Shown one piece after another: positions 41,480 to 54,500 of a DNA stretch of 64,000 bases. The stretch covers positions 1 to 64,000 of the forward strand of contig JBHGNT010000106.1 in assembly GCA_043228905.1 (NCBI GenBank), in the 5' to 3' direction. How positions within the stretch are numbered: the first letter of the stretch is position 1; every line of letters starts with the position of its first letter. The position numbers and the translations under genes are program-made. The DNA is from Azolla caroliniana. Lineage: Eukaryota; Plantae; Polypodiophyta. The notes below the pieces were generated by a model. The model made no database searches. It saw nothing but the letters and a program-made list of their open reading frames with translations, and was not told where the DNA came from.

Positions 41480-44400
41480 AGTTTCAAAATCTTGATTTTT
41501 TAATTCCATATCATAGCTAGCGTTGTTAGGTTCGATTCGCTTGGTTGAACGGAAAAATCCGATTTCACACGAGCCAGGTATGAACAATTTCATTTACTCA
41601 AGGCTTCCTCTCAACTCCCTCCTCATGTTTGCTAATTTCCTCATGTCTCTCGACCTGAGTTTCAAAATCTTGATTTTTTAATTCCATATTATAGCTAGCG
41701 TTGTTAGCTTCGAATCGCATGTTTGAACACAAAAATCCGATATCACACGAGGCAGGTATGAACATTTTCATTTACTCAAGGGCTCTTCTCAACTCACTCC
41801 TCAAATTTGCTAATTTCGTCATGTCTCTCGACCTGAGTTTCAAAATCTTGATTTTTTAATTCCATATCGTAGCTAGCGTTGTTAGCTTCGATTCGCATGT
41901 TTGAACACAAAAATGCGATATCACACGAGCCAGGTATGAACATTTTAATTTACTCAAGGGCTCCTCTCAACTCCCTCCTCAAATTTGGTAATTTCATCAT
42001 GTCTCTTGACCTGAGTTTCAAAATCTTGATTTTTTAATTCCATATCATAGCTAGCGTTGTTAGCTTCGAATCGCATGTTTGAACACAAAAATCCGATATC
42101 ACACGAGGCAGGTATGAACATTTTAATTTACTCAAGGGTTCCTCTCAGCTCACTACTCAAATTTGCTTATTTCGTCATGTCTCTCGACCTGAGTTTCAAA
42201 ATCTTGATTTTTTAATTCCATATCATAGCTAGCGTTGTTAGGTTCGATTCGCTTGGTTGAACGCAAAAATCCGATATCACACGAGCCAGGTATGAACATT
42301 TTCATTTACTCAAGGGCTCCTCTCAACTCCCTCCTCATGTTTGCTAATTTCGTCATGTCTCTCGACCTGAGTTTCAAAATCTTGATTTTTTAATTCCATA
42401 TCATAGCTAGCGTTGTTAGCTTCGATTCGCATGTTTGAACACAAAAATCTGATATCACACGAGCCACGTATGAACATTTTGATTTACTTAAGGGCTCCTC
42501 TCAACTCCCTCCTCATGTTTGCTAATTTCGTCATGTCTCTCGACCTGAGTTTCAAAATCTTGATTTTTTAATTCCATATCATAGCTAGCGTTGTTAGCTT
42601 CGATTCGCATGTTTGAACACAAAAATCCGATATCACACGAGCCAGGTATGAACATTTTAATTTACTGAAGGGCTCCTCTCAACTCCCTCCTCATGTTTCC
42701 TAATTTCGTCATGTCTCTCGACCTGAGTTTCAAAATCTTGATTTTTTAATTCCATATCATAGCTAGCGTTGTTAGCTTCGAATCGCATGTTTGAACACAA
42801 AAATCCGATATCACACGAGGCAGGTATGAACATTTTAATTTACTCAAGGGTTCCTCTCAGCTCACTACTCAAATTTGCTAATTTCGTCATGTCTCTCGAC
42901 CTGAGTTTCAAAATCTTGATTTTTTAATTCCATATCATAGCTAGCGTTGTTAGGTTCGATTCGCTTGGTTGAACGCAAAAATCCGATATCACACGAGCCA
43001 GGTATGAACATTTTCATTTACTCAAGGGCTCCTCTCAACTCCCTCCTCATGTTTGCTAATTTCGTCATGTCTCTCGACCTGAGTTTCAAAATCTTGATTT
43101 TTTAATTCCATATCATAGCTAGCGTTGTTAGCTTCGATTCGCATGTTTGAACACAAAAATCCGATATCACACGAGCCACGTATGAACATTTTAATTTACT
43201 CAAGGGCTCCTCTCAACTCCCTCCTCATGTTTGCTAATTTCGTCATGTCTCTCGACCTGAGTTTCAAAATCTTGATTTTTTAATTCCATATCATAGCTAG
43301 CGTTGTTAGCTTCGATTCGCATGTTTGAACACAAAAATCCGATATCACACGAGCTAGGTATGAACATTTTAATTTACTCAAGGGCTCCTCTCAACTCCCT
43401 CCTCATGTTTCCTAATTTCGTCATGTCTCTCGACCTGAGTTTCAAAATCTTGATTTTTTAATTCCATATCATAGCTAGCGTTGTTAGCTTCGAATCGCAT
43501 GTTTGAACACAAAAATCCGATATCACACGAGGCAGGTATGAACATTTTAATTTACTCAAGGGTTCCTCTCAGCTCACTACTCAAATTTGCTAATTTCGTC
43601 ATGTCTCTCGACCTGAGTTTCAAAATCTTGATTTTTTAATTCCATATCATAGCTAGCGTTGTTAGGTCCGATTCGCTTGGTTGAACGGAAAAATCCGATA
43701 TCACACGAGCCAGGTATGAACATTTTCATTTACTCAAGGCTTCCTCTCAACTCCCTCCTCATGTTTGCTAATGTCGTCATGTCTCTCGACCTGAGTTTCA
43801 AAATCTTGATTTTTTAATTCCATATCATAGCTAGCGTTGTTAGCTTCGATTCGCATGTTTGAACACAAAAATCTAATATCACACGAGCCAGGTATGAACA
43901 TTTTAATTTACTCAAGGGCTCCTCTCAACTCCCTCCTCATGTTTCCTAATTTCGTCATGTCTCTCGACCTGAGTTTCAAAATCTTGATTTTTTAATTCCA
44001 TATCGTAGCTAGCGTTGTTAGCTTCGATTCGCATGTTTGAACACAAAAATCCGATATCACACGAGCCAGGTATGAACATTTTAATTTACTCAAGGGCTCC
44101 TCTCAACTCCCTCCTCAAATTTGGTAATTTCATCATGTCTCTTGACCTGAGTTTCAAAATCTTGATTTTTTAATTCCATATCATAGCTAGCGTTGTTAGC
44201 TTCGAATCGCATGTTTGAACACAAAAATCCGATATCACACGAGGCAGGTATGAACATTTTAATTTACTCAAGGGTTCCTCTCAGCTCACTACTCAAATTT
44301 GCTAATTTCGTCATGTCTCTCGACCTGAGTTTCCAAATCTTGATTTTTTAATTCCATATCATAGCTAGCGTTGTTAGGTTCGATTCGCTTGGTTGAACGC

Positions 44401-44550
44401 AAAAATCCGATATCACACGAGCCAGGTATGAACATTTTCATTTACTCAAGGGCTCCTCTCAACTCCCTCCTCATGTTTGCTAATTTCGTCATGTCTCTCG
44501 ACCTGAGTTTCAAAATCTTGATTTTTTAATTCCATATCATAGCTAGCGTT
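41480..44550 (+). repeat. Local 4-monomer periodicity (712 bp)
   Basis: The GGT(T/C)CGATTCGCTTGG marker sits at 41529, 42241, 42953, 43665 and 44377, exactly 712 apart. Confidence 0.8.
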
Positions 44551-47500
44551 GTTAGGTCCGATTCGCTTGGTTGAACGGAAAAATCCGATATCACACGAGC
44601 CAGGTATGAACATTTTCATTTACTCAAGGGTTCCTCTCAACTCCCTCCTCATGTTTGCTAATTTCGTCATGTCTCTCGACCTGAGTTTCAAAATTTGGAT
44701 TTTTTAATTCTATATCATACCTAGCGTTGTTAGCTTCGAATCGCATGTTTGAACACAAAAATCCGATATCACACGAGCCAGGTATGAACATTTTAATTTA
44801 CTAAAGGGCTCCTCTCAACTCCCTCCTCATGTTTGCTAATTTCGTCATGTCTGTCGACCTGAGTTTCAAAATCTTGATTTTATAATTCCATATTATAGCT
44901 AGCGTTGTTAGCTTCGAATCGCATGTTTGAACACAAAAATCCGATATCACACGAGGCAGGTATGAACATTTTAATTTACTCAAGGGCTCTTCCCAACTCA
45001 CTCCTCAAATTTGCTAATTTCGTCATGTCTCTCGACCTGAGTTTCAAAATCTTGATTTTTTAATTCCATATCGTAGCTAGCGTTGTTAGCTTCGATTTGC
45101 ATGTTTGAACACAAAAAGCCGATATCACACGAGGCAGGTATGAACATTTTAATTTACTCAAGGGCTCTTCTCAACCACTCCTCAAATTTGCTAATTTCGT
45201 CATGTGTCTCGACCTGAGTTTCAAAATCTTGATTTTTTAATTCCATATTATAGCTAGCGTTGTTAGCTTCGATTCGCATGTTTGAACACAAAAATCCGAT
45301 ATCACATGAGGCAGGTATGAACATTTTAATTTACTCAAGGGCTCCTCTCAACTCCCTCCTCATGTTTGCTAATATCGTCATGTCTCTCGACCTGAGTTTC
45401 AAAATCTTGATTTTTTAATTCCATATCATAGCTAGCGTTGTTAGGTTCGATTCGCTTGGTTGAACGGAAAAATCCGATTTCACACGAGCCAGGTATGAAC
45501 AATTTCATTTACTCAAGGCTTCCTCTCAACTCCCTCCTCATGTTTGCTAATTTCCTCATGTCTCTCGACCTGAGTTTCAAAATCTTGATTTTTTAATTCC
45601 ATATTATAGCTAGCGTTGTTAGCTTCGAATCGCATGTTTGAACACAAAAATCCGATATCACACGAGGCAGGTATGAACATTTTGATTTACTCAAGGGCTC
45701 TTCTCAACTCACTCCTCAAATTTGCTAATTTCGTCATGTCTCTCGACCTGAGTTTCAAAATCTTGATTTTTTAATTCCATATCGTAGCTAGCGTTGTTAG
45801 CTTCGATTCGCATGTTTGAACACAAAAATCCGATATCACACGAGCCAGGTATGAACATTTTAATTTACTCAAGGGCTCCTCTCAACTCCCTCCTCAAATT
45901 TGGTAATTTCATCATGTCTCTTGACCTGAGTTTCAAAATCTTGATTTTTTAATTCCATATCATAGCTAGCGTTGTTAGCTTCGAATCGCATGTTTGAACA
46001 CAAAAATCCGATATCACACGAGGCAGGTATGAACATTTTAATTTACTCAAGGGTTCCTCTCAGCTCACTACTCAAATTTGCTAATTTCGTCATGTCTCTC
46101 GACCTGAGTTTCAAAATCTTGATTTTTTAATTCCATATCATAGCTAGCGTTGTTAGGTTCGATTCGCTTGGTTGAACGCAAAAATCCGATATCACACGAG
46201 CCAGGTATGAACATTTTCATTTACTCAAGGGCTCCTCTCAACTCCCTCCTCATGTTTGCTAATTTCGTCATGTCTCTCGACCTGAGTTTCAAAATCTTGA
46301 ATTTTTAATTCCATATCATAGCTAGCGTTGTTAGCTTCGATTCGCATGTTTGAACACAAAAATCCGATATCACACGAGCCACGTATGAACATTTTAATTT
46401 ACTCAAGGGCTCCTCTCAACTCCCTCCTCATGTTTGCTAATTTCGTCATGTCTCTCGACCTGAGTTTCAAAATCTTGATTTTTTAATTCCATATCATAGC
46501 TAGCGTTGTTAGCTTCGATTCGCATGTTTGAACACAAGAATCCGATATCACAGGAGCCAGGTATGAACATTTTAATTTACTCAAGGGCTCCTCTCAACTC
46601 CCTCCTCATGTTTGCTAATATCGTCATGTCTCTCGACCTGAGTTTCAAAATCTTGATTTTTTAATTCCATATCATAGCTAGCGTTGTTAGCTTCGATTCG
46701 CATGTTTGAACACAAAAATCCGATATCACACGAGCTAGGTATGAACATTTTAATTTACTCAAGGGCTCCTCTCAACTCCCTCCTCATGTTTGCTAATTTC
46801 GCCATGTCTGTCGACCTGAGTTTCAAAATCTTGATTTTTTAATTCCATATTATAGCTAGCGTTGTTAGCTTCGAATCGCATATTTGAACACAAAAATCCG
46901 ATATCACACGACGCAGGCATGAACATTTTAATTTACTCAAGGGCTCTTCTCAACTCACTCCTCAAATTTGCTAATTTCGTCATGTCTCTCGACCTGAGTT
47001 TCAAAATCTTGATTTTTTAATTCCATATCGTAGCTAGCGTTGTTAGCTTCGATTTGCATGTTTGAACACAAAAATCCGATATCACACGAGGCAGGTATGA
47101 ACATTTTAATTTACTCAAGGGCTCTTCCCACCTCACTCCTCAAATTTGCTAATTTCGTCATGTCTCTCGACCTGAGTTTCAAAATCTTGATTTTTTAATT
47201 CCATATCGTAGCTAGCGTTGTTAGCTTCGATTTGCATGTTTGAACACAAAAATCCGATATCACACGAGGCAGGTATGAACATTTTAATTTACTCAAGGGC
47301 TCTTCTCAACCACTCCTCAAATTTGCTAATTTCGTCATGTCTCTCGACCTGAGTTTCAAAATCTTGATTTTTTAATTCCATATCATAGCTAGCGTTGTTA
47401 GCTTCGATTCGCATGTTTGAACACAAAAATCGGATATCACACGAGCTAGGTATGAACATTTTCATTTACTCAAGGCTTCCTCTCAACTCCCTCCTCATGT

Positions 47501-47879
47501 TTGCTAATGTCGTCATGTCTCTCGACCTGAGTTTCAAAATCTTGATTTTTTAATTCCATATTATAGCTAGCGTTGTTAGCTTCGATTCGCATGTTTGAAC
47601 ACAAAAATCCGATATCACACGAGCCAGGTATGAACATTTTAATTTACTAAAGGGCTCCTCTCAACTCCCTCCTCATGTTTGCTAATTTCGTCATGTCTCT
47701 CGACCTGAGTTTCAAAATCTTGATTTTTTAATTCCATATCATAGCTAGCGTTGTTAGCTTCGATTCGCATGTTTGAACACAAAAATCCGATATCACACGA
47801 GCCAGGTATGAACATTTTAATTTACTCAAGGGCTCCTCTCAACTCCCTCCTCATGTTTCCTAATTTCGTCATGTCTCTC

Positions 47880-50720
47880 GACCTGAGTTTCAAAATCTTG
47901 ATTTTTTAATTCCATATCGTAGCTAGCGTTGTTAGCTTCGATTCGCATGTTTGAACACAAAAATCCGATATCACACGAGCCAGGTATGAACATTTTAATT
48001 TACTCAAGGGCTCCTCTCAACTCCCTCCTCAAATTTGGTAATTTCATCATGTCTCTTGACCTGAGTTTCAAAATCTTGATTTTTTAATTCCATATCATAG
48101 CTAGCGTTGTTAGCTTCGAATTGCATGTTTGAACACAAAAATCCGATATTACACGAGCCAGGTATGAACATTTTAATTTACTCAAGGGCTCTTCCCAACT
48201 CACTCCTCAAATTTGCTAATTTCGTCATGTCTCTCGACCTGAGTTTCAAAATCTTGATTTTTTAATTCCATATCATAGCTAGCGTTGTTAGGTTCGATTC
48301 GCTTGGTTGAACGCAAAAATCCGATATCACACGAGCCAGGTATGAACATTTTCATTTACTCAAGGGCTCCTCTCAACTCCCTCCTCATGTTTGCTAATTT
48401 CGTCATGTCTCTCGACCTGAGTTTCAAAATCTTGATTTTTTAATTCCATATCATAGCTAGCGTTGTTAGCTTCGATTCGCATGTTTGAACACAAAAATCC
48501 GATATCACACGAGCCACGTATGAACATTTTAATTTACTCAAGGGCTCCTCTCAACTCCCTCCTCATGTTTGCTAATTTCGTCATGTCTCTCGACCTGAGT
48601 TTCAAAATCTTGATTTTTTAATTCCATATCATAGCTAGCGTTGTTAGCTTCGATTCGCATGTTTGAACACAAAAATCCGATATCACACGAGCCAGGTATG
48701 AACATTTTAATTTACTCAAGGGCTCCTCTCAACTCCCTCCTCAAATTTGGTAATTTCATCATGTCTCTTGACCTGAGTTTCAAAATCTTGATTTTTTAAT
48801 TCCATATCATAGCTAGCGTTGTTAGCTTCGATTCGCATGTTTGAACACAAAAATCCGATATCACATGAGCCACGTATGAACATTTTAATTTACTCAAGGG
48901 CTCCTCTCAACTCCCTCCTCATGTTTGCTAATTTCGTCATGTCTCTCGACCTGAGTTTCATATCATAGCTAGCGTTGTTAGCTTCGATTCGCATGTTTGA
49001 ACACAAGAATCCGATATCACAGGAGGCAGGTATGAACATTTTAATTTACTCAAGGGCTCCTATCAACTCCCTCCTCATGTTTGCTAATATCGTCATGTCT
49101 CTCGACCTGAGTTTCAAAATCTTGATTTTTTAATTCCATATCATAGCTAGCGTTGTTAGCTTCGATTCGCATGTTTGAACACAAAAATCCGATATCACAC
49201 GAGCTAGGTATGAACATTTTAATTTACTCAAGGGCTCCTCTCAACTCCCTCCTCATGTTTGCTAATTTCGCCATGTCTGTCGACCTGAGTTTCAAAATCT
49301 TGATTTTTTAATTCCATATCGTAGCTAGCGTTGTTAGCTTCGATTCGCATGTTTGAACACAAAAATCCGATATCACACGAGCCAGGTATGAACATTTTAA
49401 TTTACTCAAGGGCTCCTCTCAACTCCCTCCTCAAATTTGGTAATTTCATCATGTCTCTTGACCTGAGTTTCAAAATCTTGATTTTTTAATTCCATATCAT
49501 AGCTAGCGTTGTTAGCTTCGAATTGCATGTTTGAACACAAAAATCCGATATTACACGAGCCAGGTATGAACATTTTAATTTACTCAAGGGCTCTTCCCAA
49601 CTCACTCCTCAAATTTGCTAATTTCGTCATGTCTCTCGACCTGAGTTTCAAAATCTTGATTTTTTAATTCCATATCATAGCTAGCGTTGTTAGGTTCGAT
49701 TCGCTTGGTTGAACGCAAAAATCCGATATCACACGAGCCAGGTATGAACATTTTCATTTACTCAAGGGCTCCTCTCAACTCCCTCCTCATGTTTGCTAAT
49801 TTCGTCATGTCTCTCGACCTGAGTTTCAAAATCTTGATTTTTTAATTCCATATCATAGCTAGCGTTGTTAGCTTCGATTCGCATGTTTGAACACAAAAAT
49901 CCGATATCACACGAGCCACGTATGAACATTTTAATTTACTCAAGGGCTCCTCTCAACTCCCTCCTCATGTTTGCTAATTTCGTCATGTCTCTCGACCTGA
50001 GTTTCAAAATCTTGATTTTTTAATTCCATATCATAGCTAGCGTTGTTAGCTTCGATTCGCATGTTTGAACACAAAAATCCGATATCACACGAGCCAGGTA
50101 TGAACATTTTAATTTACTCAAGGGCTCCTCTCAACTCCCTCCTCAAATTTGGTAATTTCATCATGTCTCTTGACCTGAGTTTCAAAATCTTGATTTTTTA
50201 ATTCCATATCATAGCTAGCGTTGTTAGCTTCGATTCGCATGTTTGAACACAAAAATCCGATATCACATGAGCCACGTATGAACATTTTAATTTACTCAAG
50301 GGCTCCTCTCAACTCCCTCCTCATGTTTGCTAATTTCGTCATGTCTCTCGACCTGAGTTTCATATCATAGCTAGCGTTGTTAGCTTCGATTCGCATGTTT
50401 GAACACAAGAATCCGATATCACAGGAGGCAGGTATGAACATTTTAATTTACTCAAGGGCTCCTATCAACTCCCTCCTCATGTTTGCTAATATCGTCATGT
50501 CTCTCGACCTGAGTTTCAAAATCTTGATTTTTTAATTCCATATCATAGCTAGCGTTGTTAGCTTCGATTCGCATGTTTGAACACAAAAATCCGATATCAC
50601 ACGAGCTAGGTATGAACATTTTAATTTACTCAAGGGCTCCTCTCAACTCCCTCCTCATGTTTGCTAATTTCGCCATGTCTGTCGACCTGAGTTTCAAAAT
50701 CTTGATTTTTTAATTCCATA
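47880..50720 (+). repeat. Tandem duplication of an 8-monomer block carrying a 22-bp deletion (period 1402 bp)
   Basis: The GAGTTTCA|TATCATAG junction occurs at about 48960 and 50362. Offset 1402 = 8x178-22. Confidence 0.9.
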
Positions 50721-51569
50721 TTATAGCTAGCGTTGTTAGCTTCGAATCGCATATTTGAACACAAAAATCCGATATCACACGAGGCAGGCATGAACATTTT
50801 AATTTACTCAAGGGCTCTTCTCAACTCACTCCTCAAATTTGCTAATTTCGTCATGTCTCTCGACCTGAGTTTCAAAATCTTGATTTTTTAATTCCATATC
50901 GTAGCTAGCGTTGTTAGCTTCGATTTGCATGTTTGAACACAAAAATCCGATATCACACGAGGCAGGTATGAACATTTTAATTTACTCAAGGGCTCTTCCC
51001 ACCTCACTCCTCAAATTTGCTAATTTCGTCATGTCTCTCGACCTGAGTTTCAAAATCTTGATTTTTTAATTCCATATCGTAGCTAGCGTTGTTAGCTTCG
51101 ATTTGCATGTTTGAACACAAAAATCCGATATCACACGAGGCAGGTATGAACATTTTAATTTACTCAAGGGCTCTTCTCAACCACTCCTCAAATTTGCTAA
51201 TTTCGTCATGTCTCTCGACCTGAGTTTCAAAATCTTGATTTTTTAATTCCATATCATAGCTAGCGTTGTTAGCTTCGATTCGCATGTTTGAACACAAAAA
51301 TCGGATATCACACGAGCTAGGTATGAACATTTTCATTTACTCAAGGCTTCCTCTCAACTCCCTCCTCATGTTTGCTAATGTCGTCATGTCTCTCGACCTG
51401 AGTTTCAAAATCTTGATTTTTTAATTCCATATTATAGCTAGCGTTGTTAGCTTCGATTCGCATGTTTGAACACAAAAATCCGATATCACACGAGCCAGGT
51501 ATGAACATTTTAATTTACTAAAGGGCTCCTCTCAACTCCCTCCTCATGTTTGCTAATTTCGTCATGTCT

Positions 51570-54500
51570 CTCGACCTGAGTTTCAAAATCTTGATTTTTT
51601 AATTCCATATCATAGCTAGCGTTGTTAGCTTCGATTCGCATGTTTGAACACAAAAATCCGATATCACACGAGCCAGGTATGAACATTTTAATTTACTCAA
51701 GGGCTCCTCTCAACTCCCTCCTCATGTTTCCTAATTTCGTCATGTCTCTCGACCTGAGTTTCAAAATCTTGATTTTTTAATTCCATATCGTAGCTAGCGT
51801 TGTTAGCTTCGATTCGCATGTTTGAACACAAAAATCCGATATCACACGAGCCAGGTATGAACATTTTAATTTACTCAAGGGCTCCTCTCAACTCCCTCCT
51901 CAAATTTGGTAATTTCATCATGTCTCTTGACCTGAGTTTCAAAATCTTGATTTTTTAATTCCATATCATAGCTAGCGTTGTTAGCTTCGAATTGCATGTT
52001 TGAACACAAAAATTCGATATTACACGAGCCAGGTATGAACATTTTAATTTACTCAAGGGCTCTTCCCAACTCACTCCTCAAATTTGCTAATTTCGTCATG
52101 TCTCTCGACCTGAGTTTCAAAATCTTGATTTTTTAATTCCATATCATAGCTAGCGTTGTTAGGTTCGATTCGCTTGGTTGAACGCAAAAATCCGATATCA
52201 CACGAGCCAGGTATGAACATTTTCATTTACTCAAGGGCTCCTCTCAACTCCCTCCTCATGTTTGCTAATTTCGTCATGTCTCTCGACCTGAGTTTCAAAA
52301 TCTTGATTTTTTAATTCCATATCATAGCTAGCGTTGTTAGCTTCGATTCGCATGTTTGAACACAAAAATCCGATATCACACGAGCCACGTATGAACATTT
52401 TAATTTACTCAAGGGCTCCTCTCAACTCCCTCCTCATGTTTGCTAATTTCGTCATGTCTCTCGACCTGAGTTTCAAAATCTTGATTTTTTAATTCCATAT
52501 CATAGCTAGCGTTGTTAGCTTCGATTCGCATGTTTGAACACAAAAATCCGATATCACACGAGCCAGGTATGAACATTTTAATTTACTCAAGGGCTCCTCT
52601 CAACTCCCTCCTCAAATTTGGTAATTTCATCATGTCTCTTGACCTGAGTTTCAAAATCTTGATTTTTTAATTCCATATCATAGCTAGCGTTGTTAGCTTC
52701 GAATCGCATGTTTGAACACAAAAATCCGATATCACACGAGGCAGGTATGAACATTTTAATTTACTCAAGGGCTCTTCCCAACTCACTCCTCAAATTTGCT
52801 AATTTCGTCATGTCTCTCGACCTGAGTTTCAAAATCTTGATTTTTTAATTCCATATCATAGCTAGCGTTGTTAGCTTCGATTCGCATGTTTGAACACAAA
52901 AATCCGATATCACACGAGCCAGGTATGAACATTTTAATTTACTCAAGGGCTCCTCTCAACTCCCTCCTCAAATTTGGTAATTTCATCATGTCTCTTGACT
53001 TGAGTTTCAAAATCTTGATTTTTTAATTCCATATCATAGCTAGCGTTGTTAGCTTCGAATCGCATGTTTGAACACAAAAATCCGATATCACACGAGGCAG
53101 GTATGAACATTTTAATTTACTCAAGGGCTCTTCCCAACTCACTCCTCAAATTTGCTAATTTCGTCATGTCTCTCGACCTGAGTTTCAAAATCTTGATTTT
53201 TTAATTCCATATCGTAGCTAGCGTTGTTAGCTTCGATTTGCATGTTTGAACACAAAAATCCGATATCACACGAGGCAGGTATGAACATTTTAATTTACTC
53301 AAGGGCTCTTCTCAACCACTCCTCAAATTTGCTAATTTCGTCATGTCTCTCGACCTGAGTTTCAAAATCTTGATTTTTTAATTCCATATTATAGCTAGCG
53401 TTGTTAGCTTCGATTCGCATGTTTGAACACAAGAATCCGATATCACAGGAGCCAGGTATGAACATTTTAATTTACTCAAGGGCTCCTCTCAACTCCCTCC
53501 TCATGTTTGCTAATATCGTCATGTCTCTCGACCTGAGTTTCAAAATCTTGATTTTTTAATTCCATATCATAGCTAGCGTTGTTAGCTTCGATTCGCATGT
53601 TTGAACACAAAAATCCGATATCACACGAGCTAGGTATGAACATTTTAATTTACTCAAGGGCTCCTCTCAACTCCCTCCTCATGTTTGCTAATTTCGCCAT
53701 GTCTGTTGACCTGAGTTACAAAATCTTGATTTTTTAATTCCATATTATAGCTAGCGTTGTTAGCTTCGAATCGCATATTTGAACACAAAAATCCGATATC
53801 ACACGAGGCAGGCATGAACATTTTAATTTACTCAAGGGCTCTTCTCAACTCACTCCTCAAATTTGCTAATTTCGTCATGTCTCTCGACCTGAGTTTCAAA
53901 ATCTTGATTTTTTAATTCCATATCGTAGCTAGCGTTGTTAGCTTCGATTTGCATGTTTGAACACAAAAATCCGATATCACACGAGGCAGGTATGAACATT
54001 TTAATTTACTCAAGGGCTCTTCCCAACTCACTCCTCAAATTTGCTAATTTCGTCATGTCTCTCGACCTGAGTTTCAAAATCTTGATTTTTTAATTCCATA
54101 TCGTAGCTAGCGTTGTTAGCTTCGATTTGCATGTTTGAACACAAAAATCCGATATCACACGAGGCAGGTATGAACATTTTAATTTACTCAAGGGCTCTTC
54201 TCAACCACTCCTCAAATTTGCTAATTTCGTCATGTCTCTCGACCTGAGTTTCAAAATCTTGATTTTTTAAGTCCATATCATAGCTAGCGTTGTTAGCTTC
54301 GATTCGCATGTTTGAACACAAAAATCGGATATCACACGAGCCAGGTATGAACATTTTCATTTACTCAAGGCTTCCTCTCAACTCCCTCCTCATGTTTGCT
54401 AATGTCGTCATGTCTCTCGACCTGAGTTTCAAAATCTTGATTTTTTAATTCCATATCATAGCTAGCGTTGTTAGCTTCGATTCGCATGTTTGAACACAAA

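Larger units (their letters stand above)
33050..47880 (+). repeat. Middle mosaic domain of the satellite with more private SNPs
   Basis: First appearance of TTCGCCATG (about 33100), CTTCCCAAC (about 35204), ATCGTAGC (about 35285), CAACCACT deletion (about 35387) and TTTGGTAATTTCATC (about 35580), mixed with left-type monomers and many singletons. Confidence 0.75.

Noticed and set aside
2096-45001. Repeated 61-66 aa minus-strand ORFs (MSKLKCSYLPRV...)
   Set aside because: They span about one monomer and are open only where a TTTTATAA variant removes a stop codon. Most use non-ATG starts and I recognise no domain. They are useful only as HOR markers.
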